Source of the DNA: Eledone cirrhosa
Taxonomy: Eukaryota
Reading direction: 5' to 3'
Assembly: GCA_964016885.1 (NCBI GenBank)
Contig: OZ024741.1
Coordinates: forward strand, 22,444,001-22,508,000
Length of the DNA stretch: 64,000 nucleotides
Part shown: one piece after another, positions 59,012 through 64,000 of the stretch
How positions within the stretch are numbered: position 1 is the first letter of the stretch
Layout of the letters: every line of letters starts with the position of its first letter
Made by a program: the position numbers and the translations under genes
The notes under the pieces: model-generated
What the model was told of the DNA's origin: nothing
Databases searched by the model: none
Seen by the model: only the letters and a program-made list of their open reading frames with translations

Positions 59012-62000
59012 ATCACATGTAACCTTGATCTCTCCCCCTGTAACTGCCAGGAACCACATGAAACCTTGATCTTTCCCCCTGTAACTGCTAAGGACCACAT
59101 GAAAGCTTGATCTCTTCCCCTGTAACTGCCAGGGTCCAATGTAACCTTGATCTCTTCCCCTGTAACTGCTAAGGATCACATGTAACCTTGATCTCTTCCC
59201 CTCTAACTGCTAATGACCACATGTAACCTTGATCTCTTCCCCTGTAACTGCTAAGGATCACATGTAACCTTGATCTCTTCCCCTCTAACTGCTAATGACC
59301 ACATGTAACCTTGATCTCTTCCCCTGTAACTGCTAAGGACCACATGAAAGCTTGATCTCTTCCCCTGTAACTGCCAGGGTCCAATGTAACCTTGATCTCT
59401 TCCCCTGTAACTGCTAAGGACCACATGTAACCTTGATCTCTTCCCCTCTAACTGCTAATGACCACATGTAACCTTGATCTCTTCCCCTGTAACTGCTAAG
59501 GACCACATGTAACCTTGATCTCTTCCCCTGTAACTGTTAAGGATCACATGTGACCTTGATCTCTTCCCCTGTAACTGCTAAGGACCACATGAAAGCTTGA
59601 TCTCTTCCCCTGTAACTGCCAGGGTCCAATGTAACCTTGATCTCTTCCCCTGTAACTGCTAAGGATCACATGTAACCTTGATCTCTTCCCCTGTAACTGC
59701 TAAGGACCACATGTAACCTTGATCTCTTCCCCTGTAACTGCTAAGGACCACATGTAACCTTGATCTCTCCCCCTGTAACTGCTAAGGACCACATGTAACC
59801 TTGATCTCTCCCCCTGTAACTGCTAAGGACCAAATGAAACCTTGATCTCTTCCCCTGTAACTGCTAAGGACCACATGTAACCTTGATCTCTTCCCCTGTA
59901 ACTGCTAAGGACCACATGTAACCTTGATCTCTCCCCCTGTAACTGCTAAGGACCACATGTAACCTTGATCTCTTCCCCTGTAACTGCTAAGGATCACATG
60001 TAACCTTGATCTCTTCCCATGTAACTGCTAAGGACCACATGTAACCTTGATCTCTTCCCCTGTAACTGCTAAGGAACACATGTAACCTTGATCTCTTCCC
60101 CTGTAACTGCCAGGGACAAAATGAAACCTTGATCTCTTCCCCTGTAACTGCTAAGGACCACATGTAACCTTGATCTCTCCCCCTGTAACTGCTAAGGACC
60201 AAATGAAACCTTGATCTCTTCCCCTGTAACTGCTAAGGACCACATGTAACCTTGATCTCTTCCCCTGTAACTGCTAAGGACCACATGTAACCTTGATCTC
60301 TCCCCCTGTAACTGCTAAGGACCACATGTAACCTTGATCTCTTCTCCTGTAACTGCTAAGGACCACATGTAACCTTGATCTCTTCCCCTGTAACTGCTAA
60401 GGACCAAATGAAACCTTGATCTCTTCCCCTGTAACTGCTAAGGACCAAATGAAACCTTGATCTCTTCCCCTGTAACTGCTAAGGATCACATGTAACCTTG
60501 ATCTCTTCCCCTGTAACTGCTAAGGACCACATGTAACCTTGATCTCTTCCCCTGTAACTGCTAAGGATCACATGTAACCTTGATCTCTTCTCCTGTAACT
60601 GCTAAGGACCACATGTAACCTTGATCTCTCCCCTTGTAACTGCTAAGGATCACATGTAACCTTGATCTCTTCCCCTGTAACTGCTAAGGACCACATGTAA
60701 CCTTGATCTCTCCCCCTGTAACTGCTAAGGACCACATGTAACCTTGATCTCTTCCCCTGTAACTGCTAAGGATCACATGTAACCTTGATCTCTCCCCCTG
60801 TAACTGCTAAGGACCACATGAAACCTTGATCTCTTCTCCTGTAACTGCTAAGGATCACATGTAACCTTGATCTCTTCTCCTGTAACTGCTAAGGACCACA
60901 TGTAACCTTGATCTCTCCCCCTGTAACTGCTAAGGATCACATGTAACCTTGATCTCTTCTCCTGTAACTGCTAAGGACCACATGTAACCTTGATCTCTCC
61001 CCCTGTAACTGCTAAGGACCACATGTAACCTTGATCTCTTCCCCTGTAATTGCTAAGGATCACATGTAACCTTGATCTCTCCCCCTGTAACTGCTAAGGA
61101 CCACATGAAACCTTGATCTCTTCTCCTGTAACTGCTAAGGATCACATGTAACCTTGATCTCTTCTCCTGTAACTGCTAAGGACCACATGTAACCTTGATC
61201 TCTCCCCCTGTAACTGCTAAGGATCACATGTAACCTTGATCTCTTCTCCTGTAACTGCTAAGGACCACATGTAACCTTGATCTCTTCCCCTGTAACTGCT
61301 AAGGACCACATGAAACCTTGATCTCTCCCCCTGTAACTGCTAAGGATCACATGTAACCTTGATCTCTTCTCCTGTAACTGCTAAGGACCACATGTAACCT
61401 TGATCTCTTCTCCTGTAACTGCTAAGGACCACATGTAACCTTGATCTCTCCCCCTGTAACTGCTAAGGATCACATGTAACCTTGATCTCTTCCCCTGTAA
61501 CTGCTAAGGACCACATGTAACCTTGATCTCTCCCCCTGTAACTGCTAAGGACCACATGTAACCTTGATCTTTTCCCCTGTAACTGCTAAGGATCACATGT
61601 AACCTTGATCTCTCCCCCTGTAACTGCTAAGGACCACATGAAACCTTGATCTCTTCTCCTGTAACTGCTAAGGATCACATGTAACCTTGATCTCTTCTCC
61701 TGTAAATGCTAAGGACCACATGTAACCTTGATCTCTCCCCCTGTAACTGCTAAGGATCACATGTAACCTTGATCTCTTCTCCTGTAACTGCTAAGGAACA
61801 CATGTAACCTTGATCTCTTCTCCTGTAACTGCTAAGGACCACATGTAACCTTGATCTCTCCCCCTGTAACTGCTAAGGATCACATGTAACCTTGATCTCT
61901 TCTCCTGTAACTGCTAAGGATCACATGTAACCTTGATCTCTTCTCCTGTAACTGCTAAGGACCACATGTAACCTTGATCTCTCCCCCTGTAACTGCTAAG

Positions 62001-64000
62001 GATCACATGTAACCTTGATCTCTTCTCCTGTAACTGCTAAGGATCACATGTAACCTTGATCTCTTCCCCTGTAACTGCTAAGGACCACATGTAACCTTGA
62101 TCTCTTCTCCTGTAACTGCTAAGGACCACATGTAACCTTGATCTCTTCCCCTGTAACTGCTAAGGACCACATGTAACCTTGATCTCTTCCCCTGTAACTG
62201 CTAAGGATCACATGTAACCTTGATCTCTCCCCCTGTAACTGCTAAGGATCACATGTAACCTTGATCTCTTCTCCTCTAACTGCTAAGGATCACATATAAC
62301 CTTGATCTCTTCTCCTGTAACTGCTAAGGACCACATGTAACCTTGATCTCTCCCCCTGTAACTGCTAAGGATCACATGTAACCTTGATCTCTTCTCCTGT
62401 AACTGCTAAGGACCACAAGTAACCTTGATCTCTCCCCCTGTAACTGCTAAGGATCACATGTAACCTTGATCTCTTCTCCTGTAACTGCTAAGGACCACAT
62501 GTAACCTTGATCTCTCCCCCTGTAACTGCTAAGGATCACATGTAACCTTGATCTCTTCTCCTGTAACTGCTAAGGATCACATGTAACCTTGATCTCTTCT
62601 CCTGTAACTGCTAAGGACCACATGTAACCTTGATCTCTCCCCCTGTAACTGCTAAGGATCACATGTAACCTTGATCTCTTCTCCTGTAACTGCTAGGGAT
62701 CACATGTAACCTTGATCTCTTCTCCTGTAACTGCTAAGGACCACATGTAACCTTGATCTCTCCCCCTGTAACTGCTAAGGATCACATGTAACCTTGATCT
62801 CTTCTCCTGTAACTGCTAAGGATCACATGTAACCTTGATCTCTTCCCCTGTAACTGCTAAGAACCACATGTAACCTTGATCTCTTCTCCTGTAACTGCTA
62901 AGGATCACATGTAACCTTGATCTCTTCTCCTGTAACTGCTAAGGATCACATATAACCTTGATCTCTTCTCCTGTAACTGCTAAGGACCACATGTAACCTT
63001 GATCTCTCCCCCTGTAACTGCTAAGGATCACATGTAACCTTGATCTCTTCTCCTGTAACTGCTAAGGATCACATGTAACCTTGATCTCTTCTCCTGTAAC
63101 TGCTAAGGACCACATGTAACCTTGATCTCTCCCCCTGTAACTGCTAAGGATCACATGTAACCTTGATCTCTTCTCCTGTAACTGCTAAGGATCACATGTA
63201 ACCTTGATCTCTTCCCCTGTAACTGCTAAGAACCACATGTAACCTTGATCTCTTCTCCTGTAACTGCTAAGGATCACATGTAACCTTGATCTCTTCTCCT
63301 GTAACTGCTAAGGATCACATGTAACCTTGATCTCTTCTCCTGTAACTGCTAAGGACCACATGTAACCTTGATCTCTTCCCCTGTAACTGCTAAGGATCAC
63401 ATGTAACCTTGATCTGTTCCCCTGTAACTGCTAAGGACCACATGTAACCTTGATCTCTTCTCCTGTAACTGCTAAGGACCACATGTAACCTTGATCTCTC
63501 CCCCTGTAACTGCTAAGGATCACATGTAACCTTGATCTCTCCCCCTGTAACTGCTAAGGATCAAATGTAACATTGATCTCTTCTCCTTAACTGCTAAGGA
63601 TCACATGTAACCTTGATCTCTTCTCCTGTAACTGCTAAGGACCACATGTAACCTTGATCTCTTCCCCTGTAACTGCTAAGGACCACATGTAACCTTGATC
63701 TCTTCTCATGTAACTGCTAAGGACCATATGTAACCTTGATCTCTTCCCTTGTAACTGCTAAGGACCACATGAAACCTTGATCTCTTCTCCTGTAACTGCT
63801 AAGGACCACATGTAACCTTGATCTCTTCTCCTGTAACTGCTAAGGATCACATGTAACCTTGATCTCTTCCCCTGTAACTGCTCAGGACCACATGTAACCT
63901 TGATCTCTCCGCCTGTAACTGCTAAGGACCACATGAAACCTTGATCTCTTCTCCTGTAACTGCTCAGGACCACATGTAACCTTGATCTCTTCCCCTGTAA
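59012..64000. repeat. 41-bp satellite, subfamily B (about 120 copies, open at the right window edge)
   Basis: Consensus CCACATGTAACCTTGATCTCTTCCCCTGTAACTGCTAAGGA, period 41 (taagg at 59701 and 59742). Variants are GGACC/GGATC, TTCCCC/TCCCCC/TTCTCC and TGTAACC/TGAAACC. Confidence 0.98.

Noticed and set aside
58924-63973. Three 71-aa minus-strand ORFs in the 41-bp satellite
   Set aside because: Chance read-through of repeat variants. The 41-bp period is not a multiple of 3 and stops recur regularly.
1-64000. CRISPR array (repeats with hairpins)
   Set aside because: The repeats are directly head-to-tail with no unique spacers, and there are no cas-like ORFs.

Overview
This window is almost entirely tandem-repeat (satellite) DNA, most likely from a eukaryotic (animal) genome. 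No credible protein-coding gene, RNA gene or CRISPR array is visible. Layout: (1) 1-~57,505 is about 1,200 copies of an AT-rich 48-bp monomer, consensus ATGAAAGACACT(GTC/ACC/GCC)TATGTCATTAACCCTTTCATTACCATATTTCTA. It has nested higher-order repeats, kb-scale internal duplications and a layered age structure. (2) ~57,506-58,310 is an ~800-bp non-satellite spacer holding two diverged copies of one interspersed element in inverted orientation. (3) ~58,311-64,000 is an unrelated 41-bp satellite with two abutting subfamilies (A and B), running off the window end. The chain of long 'MKDTVYVINPFITIFL' ORFs is best explained as an artefact: the monomer is 16 codons with one stop-free frame, and a recurrent 47-bp deletion variant resets the frame. 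I found no evidence of a new gene system. The most interesting signals concern satellite origin and architecture: a piggyBac-like TTAA|CCCTTT terminus in every monomer, competing hairpins, symmetric expansion layers, and a visible subfamily switch.
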